A DNA stretch of 64,000 nt from Setoptus koraiensis (Eukaryota; Animalia; Arthropoda), in contig CM106586.1 of assembly GCA_048013815.1 (NCBI GenBank), positions 1,612,001 through 1,676,000 on the forward strand, written 5' to 3'. Shown here piece after piece: positions 1 through 11,900 of this stretch (the first letter of the stretch is position 1; every line of letters starts with the position of its first letter). The position numbers and the translations under genes are program-made. The notes under the pieces were generated by a model. The model had not been told where the DNA came from, did no database searches, and saw only the letters and a list, made by a program, of their open reading frames with translations.

Positions 1-799
1 CATTATATTTAGATAACTCCTCTGGAGGGCTACCAATGGGTGGTCTAGTTTCCGCATCGAGCTTATTTTTTGCTAGTCGATAGAGTCGAAGATGTGATGC
101 AAAATCGTCAACTAATTTAGTTGTAATAAATCCTACAGTGTCTATGGATTTGAGTCGTTTACTGAGTGACCGTATAAAATATTTGATTATGTCATATAGA
201 TCATGTATAAACTCATTGTCATTTTCAGAGATCAATCTATACCAAGTGAGGATATAATCGCGGAATACAAGTGCCAACAAATCATTTAGTTGTGCATCAA
301 TAATAGGATCGCCAGTGATAACGGATTTATCATACTTCTCTTCTAGGTGGTTTCTTCTAGATGGCTCATATGATGCTTGAGTGGTATCTTTTGTCGCTTC
401 GTGAATTCTAATTGTACCCTCGCCAACTCTATAAGACAAACAAGCTTGCTTGTTGGAGGATAGCTTAATTAGGTCTTGATCATCATTTAATGAGTTTTTC
501 ATCGCCAGAATTCTATCCAACAGGATTTTTCTATCAGTTTGTTGCACATGGTCTATAGTTTGTTCGGCGGTTTTGCGGAGCTTAAGGGGACTAGAATCAA
601 CCAAAAACCTGGCTGTGCCATTAATTAGTATGTCGGCTTGTTCCGAGATGTAGCGTTTGTTGAAATTGAGACACGCCACAAATGCACAACCGATGCTAAG
701 GAAGCCACCAAATATTATAACTAGGATCTTGAGATTGATAGTGACTAATATGAAGAGAGCGAGGCCCGAATAAAGCCACATATTTTTGCTGACATCCAT
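1..799 (-). CDS. SNX13: Sorting nexin-13-like, 5' part (N-terminal TM helices + PXA domain); continues beyond the window edge
   Basis: Open minus frame from ATG at 799 to the window edge; absent from the ORF track, probably because it has no stop inside the window. Translation MDVSKNMWLYSGLALFILVTINLKILVIIFGGFLSIGCAFVACL...ITGDPIIDAQLNDLLALVFRDYILTWYRLISENDNEFIHDLYDIIKYFIRSLSKRLKSIDTVGFITTKLVDDFASHLRLYRLAK matches the PXA domain of SNX13/14/25, closest to SNX13 (RDY..YWY, TT+LVDDF.+HLR). Confidence 0.85.
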   Translation of the reverse strand, partial: MDVSKNMWLYSGLALFILVTINLKILVIIFGGFLSIGCAFVACLNFNKRYISEQADILINGTARFLVDSSPLKLRKTAEQTIDHVQQTDRKILLDRILAMKNSLNDDQDLIKLSSNKQACLSYRVGEGTIRIHEATKDTTQASYEPSRRNHLEEKYDKSVITGDPIIDAQLNDLLALVFRDYILTWYRLISENDNEFIHDLYDIIKYFIRSLSKRLKSIDTVGFITTKLVDDFASHLRLYRLAKNKLDAETRPPIGSPPEELSKYN

Positions 800-1464
800 C
801 TGGTTCTGGGATTTGTTTGCATTTGCTAAGAAGATACATTAGATAAGCATGTGTGCATAATATTATCAATGCGCTGTTGTGGGATGTTAATTGATGTTAA
901 ATGAACTGTCATTGCTGAAATGTCCAGTCCATGCTGTTTAACGGGCTTAATAATTGGTCCATTGATGAGTCTATGTAAGCGCTAATCGCTTGCCTGTAGT
1001 ATGAGTTAGACGAGCCGCGTCAGTCTTTGTGTTAGTGAGATAGCCAAGCTGGGAAAATATTCGAACGATGGGTACTTTCAAAAGGAGCCTTTTTTCAACA
1101 CATCTTTCGTCAACTAAATAATTATAATTGAATACGATAAAGAGCTTGATGACAACAGTAGTGTTTGGGGATCCGAATAAACACAAAAATAAAGGAAAGT
1201 CAATCAGCTGTTCAGCAGTTTATTTGTGAGTGCGCCGCAAATGCAAGACTCGATGCAACGAACGAAGGGTATATATGCCATATATGCCATAGACAAACAA
1301 TCGGTAAAATAATTGACTTTTCCGCCACAATTGCGAGATTGTTTGTAAAGCAATTGAGTGATCATCATCAGATTATCATCACCTAGGCTACGCGTGTTAA
1401 AACGGATAGACCACAACAGCCATATCTTTGAGAAGCTAATACCACCATCAGCTCGATACTAAAC

Positions 1465-1502
1465 AGAGTGAGTGAGTGAGAGAGAGAGAGAGAGAGGGAG
1501 AG
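1465..1502. repeat. (GAGT)n/(GA)n microsatellite
   Basis: Direct reading: agagtgagtgagtgagagagagagagagagagggagag. Confidence 0.9.
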
Positions 1503-1941
1503 TCATACTACAACTTGTGCAACCACTGCTGTGTTAGTCATACAGCAAACAACAAAATCTACTGATATTGTACTAAACTTGTACAGACAGAAAGTTGATT
1601 TTGTGCCTTCCCCTTTGGCATTGAAGATATAAACAAATATATGCCAGTAAAAGCATTAGATTTATCTAGTAGTAAAGTAAGTATTACAGGGGATAAAAGT
1701 CAGTCAGGAGTGCACACTGGCAGGCAAACAGGCACAGTAATATTACATCGCAATAACACACAATCATATCTACTTGTACTAATAGAGAATATGCCCAAGT
1801 ATAAAAGCATGAATTATTATTAGTAAAAAAAAATTAATAATACTAAAATTACAGTTATTAGTACCTATTATTATTTCTATTAGAATTAGATATTGGAATC
1901 AATTTAACCCGTGATTGACAAACTAACACACACAAATAAAC

Positions 1942-2955
1942 ATGGGCAACAAATCCTCCAGTATGCTGCAGGACGATGAGATCCAGCTTATCAGCTCGGA
2001 AACAGAATTTACACCAACACAAATTGAGAAATTATACACCAGGTTCACCAGTCTAGACAAGGAGGCAGTGGGATCGCTAAGTCGAGAGGACTTTCTACGG
2101 GTGCCAGAGTTGGCCATAAATCCATTGTGCAATAGAATAGTAGAAATGTTCTTCACAGAATTAGGAGATGCCGATCATTTTGCAGGTGTGGCGGGCGGCG
2201 CAGGAGGCGATGATCACGATAGGATTAATTTTAGGCAATTTATGAAAGTTTTAGCTACATTCCGTTCCTCGCCTCACAATCACCTCAACAATAATCACAA
2301 TAACAAACAACAATTAAACGGCCATAACAATGGCCCTAAACAGCAACCTGTACCAACAATTTCTGGTGCTGCCGGCACCACGGCCAACAACAACAACAGC
2401 ATCCTCAATAAGAATCACAACAACAACAACAATCAACATCCCAGGGTTGAGTTTACACAGGCCAACTCAGTTGCCATTTTGAACAATCATGGCGATCACC
2501 TAAGCGGACCATCACATAGTGGCCTTAATAGAAATGCTAGCAGCCCGCACATGTACAAGAACGGCCTGTTAGATGTACTTGATGATCACAACGGCCATCT
2601 TATGAATAGGAAAATATCTTCGCCAATTTATTCTTTGCACGATGCCAATCACACTAACAACTCTCCAATTTATGATGATGATGAACCCAAAAATAGTCGC
2701 AAACATAAATTGTACTTCATGTTCCGACTATATGATGTAGACAATGATAACCGAATTAGTTTTGATGACCTTAAATGTATCCTGAAACAAATGGTTGGCA
2801 ATTATATTGATGAGGAACATACCAACAAAATTGTAGCTAGAGCTTTCATGGAGGTGGATAAAGATGGTGATAATTTTATAAATTTTGATGAGTTCTGTCA
2901 AGTATTTGAAGGAAGTGATATAGATGATAAATTAAGAATCAAGTTCTCGCATTGA
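1942..2955 (+). CDS. CHP1: Calcineurin B homologous protein 1 (EF-hand, N-myristoylation motif), single exon, 337 aa, with a large His/Asn-rich insertion
   Basis: MGNKSS myristoylation motif; LYTRFTSLDK..G.LSREDFLRVPELAINPL; NSRKHKLYFMFRLYDVDND; C-terminal DDKLRIKFSH. All align with CHP1 (LYSRFTSLDK, RIPELAINPLG, NSRSNKLHFAFRLYD, KMSIRFLH). Confidence 0.95.
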   Translation: MGNKSSSMLQDDEIQLISSETEFTPTQIEKLYTRFTSLDKEAVGSLSREDFLRVPELAINPLCNRIVEMFFTELGDADHFAGVAGGAGGDDHDRINFRQFMKVLATFRSSPHNHLNNNHNNKQQLNGHNNGPKQQPVPTISGAAGTTANNNNSILNKNHNNNNNQHPRVEFTQANSVAILNNHGDHLSGPSHSGLNRNASSPHMYKNGLLDVLDDHNGHLMNRKISSPIYSLHDANHTNNSPIYDDDEPKNSRKHKLYFMFRLYDVDNDNRISFDDLKCILKQMVGNYIDEEHTNKIVARAFMEVDKDGDNFINFDEFCQVFEGSDIDDKLRIKFSH

Positions 2956-4738
2956 CTAACTACAAGTGCCTGATTACACATAATTCATTGCCGTGTCTTA
3001 TACAAATGTTCAAGATGAGAAAAGATAATTAGTTGCACAAGCGTTAGCACGTTCAACACTCATGTTTTTCAAAATTCTTGTCTTGTTTCTTATGACTTGT
3101 TAGCCAACGGCATTAACTTAGCCTTCGCTGTTTCGAGCAGATAAATTTAGTTGTGGTTGTATCACTCAATAGCTTGACGCGTATTTCGCAACACACTGGC
3201 ACATTTATTATCTAAAAGTAACTAGCGCCGATCTAAGCAATCGAAAAATTGATCGCAGATTGTCCTGACGTGCAAAGCCGTTTTATCTTATACGCAACAC
3301 TTGTTGTACTACAACAGGCTGTAGAACGGAGTGGGGGATTTTCTGGCGGTTTTCATCGCTTTGGCCAGAAGCTTGGATAGGCTGGCGAAACGCGGCACAG
3401 TCTAATCCGACACGTTGTTTATGCGATAAACAAAATGACATTGTCTCGTGAGTTTCCAAGAGTTTCCAGGAGTTACCCGCCACGAGAGTCCTAAAAGTAA
3501 GTTTACACAGTTAAAGTAACGACTAACAAGTTTAGAGTTAAAAGTACAGTGTAGTTACAGCAACAACAAAACAAAACAAACAATTGTCTGTAGGCCGCGT
3601 GAACCTCTCTTCTGTCGACCTGCAGATGGCGCGTGCAGCAAATTTCGGCTTACGCCGCAATTTGCAGTGTTATCGGTATTGTTGTTCTCTCGTGTTTGCG
3701 CCCCCTCCCCCGTTTCCTCTCACTTACAACAGATACGTCAGCTGAGCGACAATGCAAGCGCAAACCAGAGGCCTGTGGGGGATGTGAGAGGCAAGGGGGT
3801 AGCGGTGCTCATGAAAGCGCACTCATTGGTGCGATTGCAGCATTCACAGAGGACAGAGAGAAGGCAAAACACAAGGGGGCGAGCGAGTTTACTGAGCCTG
3901 CAAGCCGAATTGTATCATGTGTGTGTGTGCTTTCGCCGGACCACATCGCGCACAGAGAGTGAGATCGAGAGAGGGGGGGGGAGCGCGCGAACGGACAAGC
4001 GAGCTGATTCGATCGCCGAATGAGAGAGTTTGTTGCCGACTGCAAGTTGCTGATCATTTGGACATTGAACATTGCCGACATCACACACACACACGCACAC
4101 ACAAGCAACACACACACACACACGCACAAACGCATAGAAAGCTGAGTGAGTAGCAGACAGTCACAGTGGCAGCCTCACATTGGTTCGTTCACTCGTGAGT
4201 GTACACGCACTTGAGTGTCTATGCGGAGCAGCGACAGTTGACGATTGCCGACGGAATATTCGACATCGAACGTTCTATTTTGTCGCCTTTGTTTCATTCC
4301 ATTCCATATTATTCTATTTGATTATTCTATTTTATCTACATTGATATTTACAAGACACTCATACAAGCCGCAGCCATCAGTAGAATTTACACTAATCGTC
4401 ATTAGCAGTAGTATCAGCTCATTGAGCATCATGTACATTCATCATGTTGTATTATTATTATTGTATTCAGCCAGCCATTTAGCCAGCAAGACGACGGCAG
4501 CAGCAGCAGCAACCATAATTACAAATATATCCAATTGATTATTCAACTAGCAAACAACGACACAGAAAGAGAGAGACACACAGTTTTTATCTCTCGATCG
4601 CACAACTATATGCTGTTGGCAACAACAACACTTGCCAAATGGAGACTAGACGCAATTATCGCCGACAAACTTCAAATGTGAACTGCTCATCGGGATTACG
4701 ATCACTCTCCATATAGAAAAATATATATTTATATGTAT

Positions 4739-4765
4739 GATACACACACACACACACACACACAC
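4739..4765. repeat. (CA)n microsatellite
   Basis: Direct reading of the acacac run; similar CA/GT runs near 4081-4125, 9571-9595 and 24516-24537. Confidence 0.85.
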
Positions 4766-5086
4766 AGATTCGTTCATGTGAGATATATAAAGACACAGAG
4801 CCATGAACATCTCCACTGACACCCGTCGCTATCTAACTATTGTATTGTAGACGCGTTGCCGCCACAAGCTGACTGGTGCAAATGTCGCACTTCTCCTCGT
4901 GACTCATCACATCATCTTATGGAACACACACACAAACATACAACTATCATCTCCAATATCAACGTATAAATACACGACGCCGTAAATCAATATCACCCAA
5001 GTATCAGCATCATCGGCATCCACAGGATATCGCTTAGACAAAACTTAGCCAAAGACAGCGACAAATCCCAATATAGACACGCACAC

Positions 5087-7678
5087 ATGCCCACCATGGG
5101 CCAGGCTGGTCGGCAAGACTGTACCCAAATTCGCACCATGCAACGATTGAATTCCAGCACGCCCGCCACCCAAAGCAAACTGCCGCTAACCTCTCAGCTG
5201 GCCAAACAGTTTTTATCCCAACAGCAACAGCAGCAGCAGCAGCATAGCAGGCAACTGGCCAGCAGCAACCAGCAACAACCCAAGACGCCGCAACAGCGCC
5301 AACTGCACACTAATACTAATTGTGATAGCAATCAATTTACAACTACTCCAACAACGACCAGCACCATTCCATCTAGAAGATATTCGAGTGGTCCAACATT
5401 AAATAAGCTATATTACAATAGTGTTGTTTGCTCACCACCAACAACCACAACCACAACTGCCGCCTTGTGCTCGCCTTCAACCAACCATCAAATGGAAAAA
5501 ACCAGCAACAACAAAACCACATTGTTGCAAAAGAGCAACACCAGTCAAAGTCATGCAAACATCACAAGACCGCTGACAATGTCAAGCAGCGCCAGCAAAA
5601 ACAGCCAACAACAACAGTCTTCCTTGACGCAAATCACAAATTCAACAACCTACAGCAACTTGTCAACTCCATCAAGGTTGCCAACAGTGTCCGGCCACAG
5701 GATGGACAGATCAAACTCCAGTATGTCGGAACAACATCACCAACAAAAGCAACAACGACAACAAAATGCTACTCTCAACAAACGAAATGATTTTATGCGT
5801 GCCAATGAATCAAACACCAACACTCCAGTTAGTGGTAATGCCAACACCACTAATTTGCCGTTGTCTTTAACTACAACCAACAACAACAACGCTAATCATC
5901 ATCATCAATCCAGACCGACCAATCAATCATCGAATCATAATAATCTTTTTAATAACACTGCAAAAGTTCTTAGCCAAAACAGCAGCAACAATCATAACGG
6001 TACGATTATCGACGATATTTCTCCCACTAACACAACTGCGGCAACGCAACAATCCATGCAGTCCGCTTGTAACAACTATCATTTGAACGGCTTGATTAGC
6101 ATAGACCATCATGCAACATCGCTGATAAACACTGCTTCCTACTCGAGCTACTCCTCTCCGGGCGCCTCAAGCTCATCAGATGAAAGCTCCAGTTATTGTA
6201 GCTCGTCTTTCATCACAGGATCTCGTTATAATAGCCATCTAAACAACACCCAACAATTGACGTCCATTGAGCCTAGGCCATTTCGGCCATTCAAATCCAA
6301 TGTTGAATATTTATATGCCATGAAAGAGGATCTAGCTGAATGGCTGAATCGATTGTATGGCGACCTAGATATTAATGTTGACAATTTTATGCCCAAACTA
6401 GAGACTGGCGTTGTTTTATGTAGGCACGCTAATGCCGTTACAAGTATGGGCCGAAACTCATCCATATCTACATCAAATTCTTCTCTGTCAAGTGAGCTTA
6501 TTTCAAAGACAAAACACAACCATAAAACATCATCAATTATAGATAATGGCAGCACTTCTTGCAACAATTCTGAAAATGGATCTCGTTCTGATTTAGCATT
6601 AGATTGTTATAACAATCAATTCTCCTCTCTGTCTCTCTACACAAATGTAGCAAAAAGAGGCCTTTTGACCAGCTCACATCAGTCTGTTTCCTCTGATTTA
6701 GGCTCATCGAATTCATCGTCACCCCATTCGTCCATGTCGCCAGTGCCCACAGGACACACCAGTCACCAACTTCACAATGAACCACTGGTAGTTAAATGTC
6801 AGTCAACTAGCAAAGATGTCGGCAATTGTGATATAAATCGTTTCAATTCAGTAAACTGCTCATCACCAAAAGTTACTAAATCCTCATCAACTATTGCAGC
6901 AACCACCAATAGTCTATCTAAGAAGATTGATTCCACCACACCAGCAAGAAAGTCGTCATTGCCCACTCTCATCAAAACACCAACATTACTATCAACAAAT
7001 CTGCCTTCAAGTCAACTAAAATCATCAACTACAAAATTAATATTTAAAAGTAATACCCATTTGGATAATAATACCTCTGCCATTACTACAGCCACCAACA
7101 AATTGTCCAATGCAGAAAGTTCAATTTCAAAGAAAGATAGTTTGTTAAATGAAGCCAAAGAATCTAAAACAGTTGCAGCAAGTGAAACAATGAAGCCACC
7201 ATCAGAAGCTTATACTGCTTCATTGAAACAAACTAAATGCATTTATAATGGTTTTGAAATCGATTGGAACAAGATCAGAGATATTTCCTATAAATTGAAT
7301 GCAAATAGTGGAACATTCCACGCCCGTGACAATGTGTGTAACTTTATTAATTGGTGTCGCTCAATTCATGTTTTAGATTGTCTTCTATTTGAAACGGATG
7401 ACTTGGTTATGCGCAAAAATGAAAGAAGCTTTGTTCTTTGTTTGCTAGAAGTGGCTCGTCTTGGATTTAAAGTAGGTATGCCTACGCCATTACTTGTCCA
7501 AATGGAACAAGAAATAGATAGACAGATTGAACAAGAGACCAATGGAGCTCACCATGAAAGCTCAGGAGAGGAGGATAAAGACGAGAAAGAACATCAAGAC
7601 GAAGAACAAGAAAAGGAAGAGGAGGAAATACAGCAGGCACAAGTTATAACAAATGACTTAGTATCCTTACACGAAAGG
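5087..7678 (+). CDS. GAS2L: GAS2-like (pigs-type) cytolinker, coding exon 1: Q/N/T/S-rich N-terminus + calponin-homology domain split by a long insertion
   Basis: RPFRPFKSNVEYLYAMKEDLAEWLNRLY...LETGVVLCRHAN and [18 protein letters not shown]...[26 protein letters not shown]...LVQMEQEIDRQI are the two halves of the GAS2 CH region. Donor AGG|GTGAGT at 7678/7679, phase 0. Start codon uncertain (5087 or a downstream Met). Confidence 0.92.
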
Positions 7679-7949
7679 GTGAGTACTAACACGCAAAAAC
7701 AGCAGCACTACTTTTTTTAGTTGTCGTATTCAAATTTTGTTTCTATTGATTGTTGTTGTCCGTTGTTCCTTTAATTGCACAATTAATAGTTGCAAGCGAC
7801 AATTAGCCAATCCTCTCGTTTGTGTTGAGCAAAACTTAAATGCGCTTTGTCGCAATAATCATAATATTTGTTAATGTTTCCTAGTGTAAATGTAAAAGCA
7901 CGTATGCTTATACATTTGAACAACGGTTGTAAGCAACAAAATGTTGTGA

Positions 7950-8960
7950 TACTCCAGCGAAACATTGGCAATCCTAATGATATTATTTAGATCTTGACAG
8001 ATTGCTGTCCTGTACACTGGCACTAAAAGACATGATTTACTCAAACAAAATACGCTTTCCTGTGCCTCAATATGTTCGAGAAAAGCCCGAAATCATTTTT
8101 GTCAATGTGCAGAGTTCTAGATGCTTATGACTCATTCTAGTTCAAGTGACCATGTGTTAGATGGAGATAGAGAGAAGACCTTGTATATTATTGATTTAGA
8201 GTAGAGGTCTTATCAAGAAAAATTGCTCCATGTGAAGTCAGCTCTAGAGTTGTTATCAACGAAGAAAGAAAAACGAATCTTATCTCTGCATTATCGATGT
8301 TGTTGACGCTCTCACAATTGATCAAACTAAACAATGACTCAGTGACGGCTAACTATATATCTCCAAACAGTATTTGTGTGAGATGCAAAAAGCTCATTGT
8401 AAGGGTATCGTCGACGCCAAAGTAGATTGAATTTATTGAGATCAGATAAGCAAGCCAGTTGGAAAGCACTATTCATATTGTTGCAATTCATTCATATTCG
8501 CTGCGTGAGTGGCAAAGAAAATCCTTTTTTGCTTTTTGAGACCAAAATATGTTGCTGCTTGCGACACCTAATCAGTTAACAATGCACGAATATGAATTCA
8601 ATGTCTTTATTCGTGATGTTTGTGTATGTATTATATCTATTGTATTGGTTAGAAGTTAACATTACCTAAACTTGACACCGTGCTTAGTAAAAAAAATTCT
8701 AGAATGGTCTACCTTCGGCCTTTGATTAGTTGGACTACTTCTTCTCAAATTACTGATTCAGCCCCTTTGATATTAGCATAATTGAATGGCTCTAAGCCAC
8801 GAACCCAAATTCATTTCTTCGCTCACTGACTCTGCACCATATGGCAAACACAAGATGCAATTGGATGTAGGTAATATTCGACGTGCAATGGGTGATGTTT
8901 ATGAATAAACAATCAATGTTGCAGTATCAAATTCGTGTCACCTAATGTGGTTGTGATGAA
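7950..8960 (+). pseudogene. Possible decayed coding relic inside the GAS2 intron (family not recognised)
   Basis: High-complexity sequence, unlike the microsatellite-rich rest of the intron, giving protein-like fragments broken by stops (QEKLLHVKSALELLSTKKEKRILSL; ISKQYLCEMQKAHCKGIVDAKVD; FISSLTDSAPYGKHKMQLDVGNIRRAMGDVYE). No motif identified. Confidence 0.2.
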
Positions 8961-11900
8961 TGTCAATATAAACATTCCATTATTCATAGAATTCATTTAA
9001 TATCGCCCATGCTCGCGCGCCACAATAGGCTTATTATCAAGGCCTGTTCGCCAAGTCGTCTTTGACACCAACCAATCTATCTATTCTATGTGTTTGCCTC
9101 AAACTCAACTATCAACTATCATAATATCAACTTAATATTTGCGAATAGTAGCTAACCTTACCGGCAGCCAAAACCACTTAAATAATGCCATTCGTCCGTT
9201 CATTCATTCGACACACATATTGTATATTGGTTGATGATTGATCATCACAGGCTTAGGATTAGAGAGGCTCCAGTAAGGTATCCGATATAAACGATTATTC
9301 AAAATTGGTAGTTGTTGGTGTTAGGCGCGTTTCGTAAATTGCAATTGCAAGGAAGTAGTTAAGCAAGTGAATTTAATTTGATCGTGTGGTCGCATTAGAT
9401 AAGCCTTGTATATCACCCGAACCATGTTGAATTGTGTGATTTATCTCCAATCAACGAACACACAAACTCGTACGAGATGATTACTTTTTCTTTTCGTTGC
9501 TTCTTGTTGGCAGTGACTTTATGTAACTGTTTACAACACAGTATACACTGTATACCATCCTCCCCATACCATACACACACACACACACACACACACGTTA
9601 TGTGACGTACTGGCGTTTGTTGTTGATCGGCCAAGGCGATTAGAAGGTGATGGTTTCACATGCACCAACGTATTACTTGAGGCTATGTGAACTCATGCGT
9701 TTGCTGCCCATAATCTGGCGGGCTTTGCTCTGGGGTTCGATCATATTCGATTCAGGATGATTCGACATACACTGACACATGTAGTCATGAAAATAAAAAT
9801 CCCATCTCATCATATAAGTATATCTCGTCCTCGCACATCCGCGACTCTAATGGAGATTGGCCGGCAATAATAACTTGTTTGTTTGTTATTGCCTAGTGTC
9901 AGGGTGGATAAAGATTGGACGCGTGTTTATTTGCCTCTTTGTCTTGGTGTTTGTATTTGTTGTTGTCTCTTGTTAGTGCGCTTATACCGATATAATAATA
10001 ATAATAATAATCCACCAAGTTCTTATCTTATTTCAGCGAGAGCCTTGAGTCTAGTTATTTCCATCAAACAATGAACTCTAACGCTCGCCGCCATTGGCCT
10101 ATTTGCTTTTCGCTTGAATTTGCTCAAGGGCATTGGCAGCGAGAGTATGTTTTCTTCTTTCATAATGTGGGCCTTTCACACACGAGTGGATGAAACGAGA
10201 AAGAAGAGGACGCCACCACTAGCTATACTTATGCAACACTGCTATATATGAGGAGGCAACAAAGCCCATGGTTTTGTCTATCCGATCACAACACTCTCAC
10301 TCTCGCACAAACGAAATAACGAAAAACTCAACGAACCGAGATGCAATTGAATGACCAAAAAAGAATCTCCCATCTTTGCAAAGCTGTCAAATGTGTATTA
10401 GTTTTCGGATGGATCAATCTGTGCGAGCTGTCTTTGGAAATCGAATAGAATTGTCTCTTTCTTTCTTCTGTCTGTCTTTCTGTCGTGCCCACACACACAC
10501 ACACACGCACACATCACCAGATCTATTCAGAGTTGACTGTGCGCTGCCAAAAGAAGCAACTGTACCTGATGCAATACAACTCAATTCAATTTGAATATTA
10601 TTATATATTACTGGCGCTTGTTCCAGCGAGCCCCTGGAAGCGCCAGGGACTTATTGCAAAGCTGCACTGCTTTACATTCGGCACATAGAGAGTGAGAGAG
10701 ATTCGAATCTATTCCGGACGCAATCTATTCGAGAATATTTACTATTAGCTATACTGTGTGCTCTCCGGAATCACAAGTGGCCCACACTCACTAGTGCTTC
10801 ATTGAGCCGTATAAGCTGGCACATATACATCAGTCATCTTTTTTCAGCCTAATTCGCACAATAACAATTGTGAACGGTCTCCCACTTCCCCCACAGCACG
10901 GTGCTAAATGGTGATTTCGTCATATAGGCGTGCATGTGTTGTGGTGAGTGGATCCCCTCAAGCGTTGTTTGTCCTCCTCAAATTCGGAGGTTATTGCTCG
11001 CCAGGAGGGCCAGCTTATGCAGCATAATTTGTGTTTGGCGTATCGTGGGCGCATGTGGCCGCACATGTGCCACATGTACATTGAGAAGCAAAAGAACCAT
11101 ATATCACAAGTTACACAACAAACGCTAGTTCGAAATTGGGTCCATCGCAGTTGGGGCCAGTGCAGCCGCTGCACCAATACATCTGAGTCCATGGCATAGC
11201 GTATTATGAAACGCGGGCCCAAAATAGAATTTGTTAGTGATCGTCGAAGATGCAATTTGTAATCTGTGAGCTCGAGGTTGTTTATGTTCCGGCTGATGGT
11301 TGTGGATACCACTTGTGTATGCATACTAATAATACCAAAAGTAATAATGTATGGTCGCTATGTCGCTGGCAAATTGCATTGTTGTTCCATTTTCAAGCAG
11401 TGTCTTAGATAGCATTGGGCAAATAATGGCCAGTAGTCTATGGCCAGAACCATTAATATGATAATCATCATTATGCTCATGATGACAATAGGAAAATTGT
11501 CATAATCATCATCGTTGTCGCAATCTTTCTTGTTTCGCTGTTGTGCATCACCGCCGCTATGTCACCATTATACGTTAATGTTGCTATTGTTTGCGAGGGA
11601 CAACGTAACAAAAATATATTAATATGTCAACTGTTTGGCCATGTGTGATACAATTGAATAGAGTCATAACATAATTTTCATCGCCGACTTGCTGGTCTCA
11701 CTTGGCGCTCGTAGTAATATTATTGATAGTATTGCCCCTACAACGACAAAAGGGCCAACACTGTGTAATGATCCCATGATTTCATTACGCCCGCTTCACA
11801 CAGCAATAATCATCTCGAGCACCCTCACACACACGCATTAGACACTCTACAGGGAATCTGTGTCGGAACAGTTACGTCATAACCATTAAATATTGTCCTC

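Noticed and set aside
971-1416. Three 70-73-aa ORFs between SNX13 and CHP1
   Set aside because: No recognisable domain or convincing splice model; within chance expectation.
3283-4538. Cluster of short track ORFs on both strands
   Set aside because: They run over CA/GA microsatellites and probable promoter or 5'-UTR sequence; no motifs recognised.
9735-9770. GTTCGA as a tRNA T-loop
   Set aside because: No cloverleaf, D-arm or acceptor stem can be built.
10920-11324. 134-aa minus ORF and overlapping plus ORFs as a nested gene or retroelement
   Set aside because: No RT, integrase or other motif; left unannotated.
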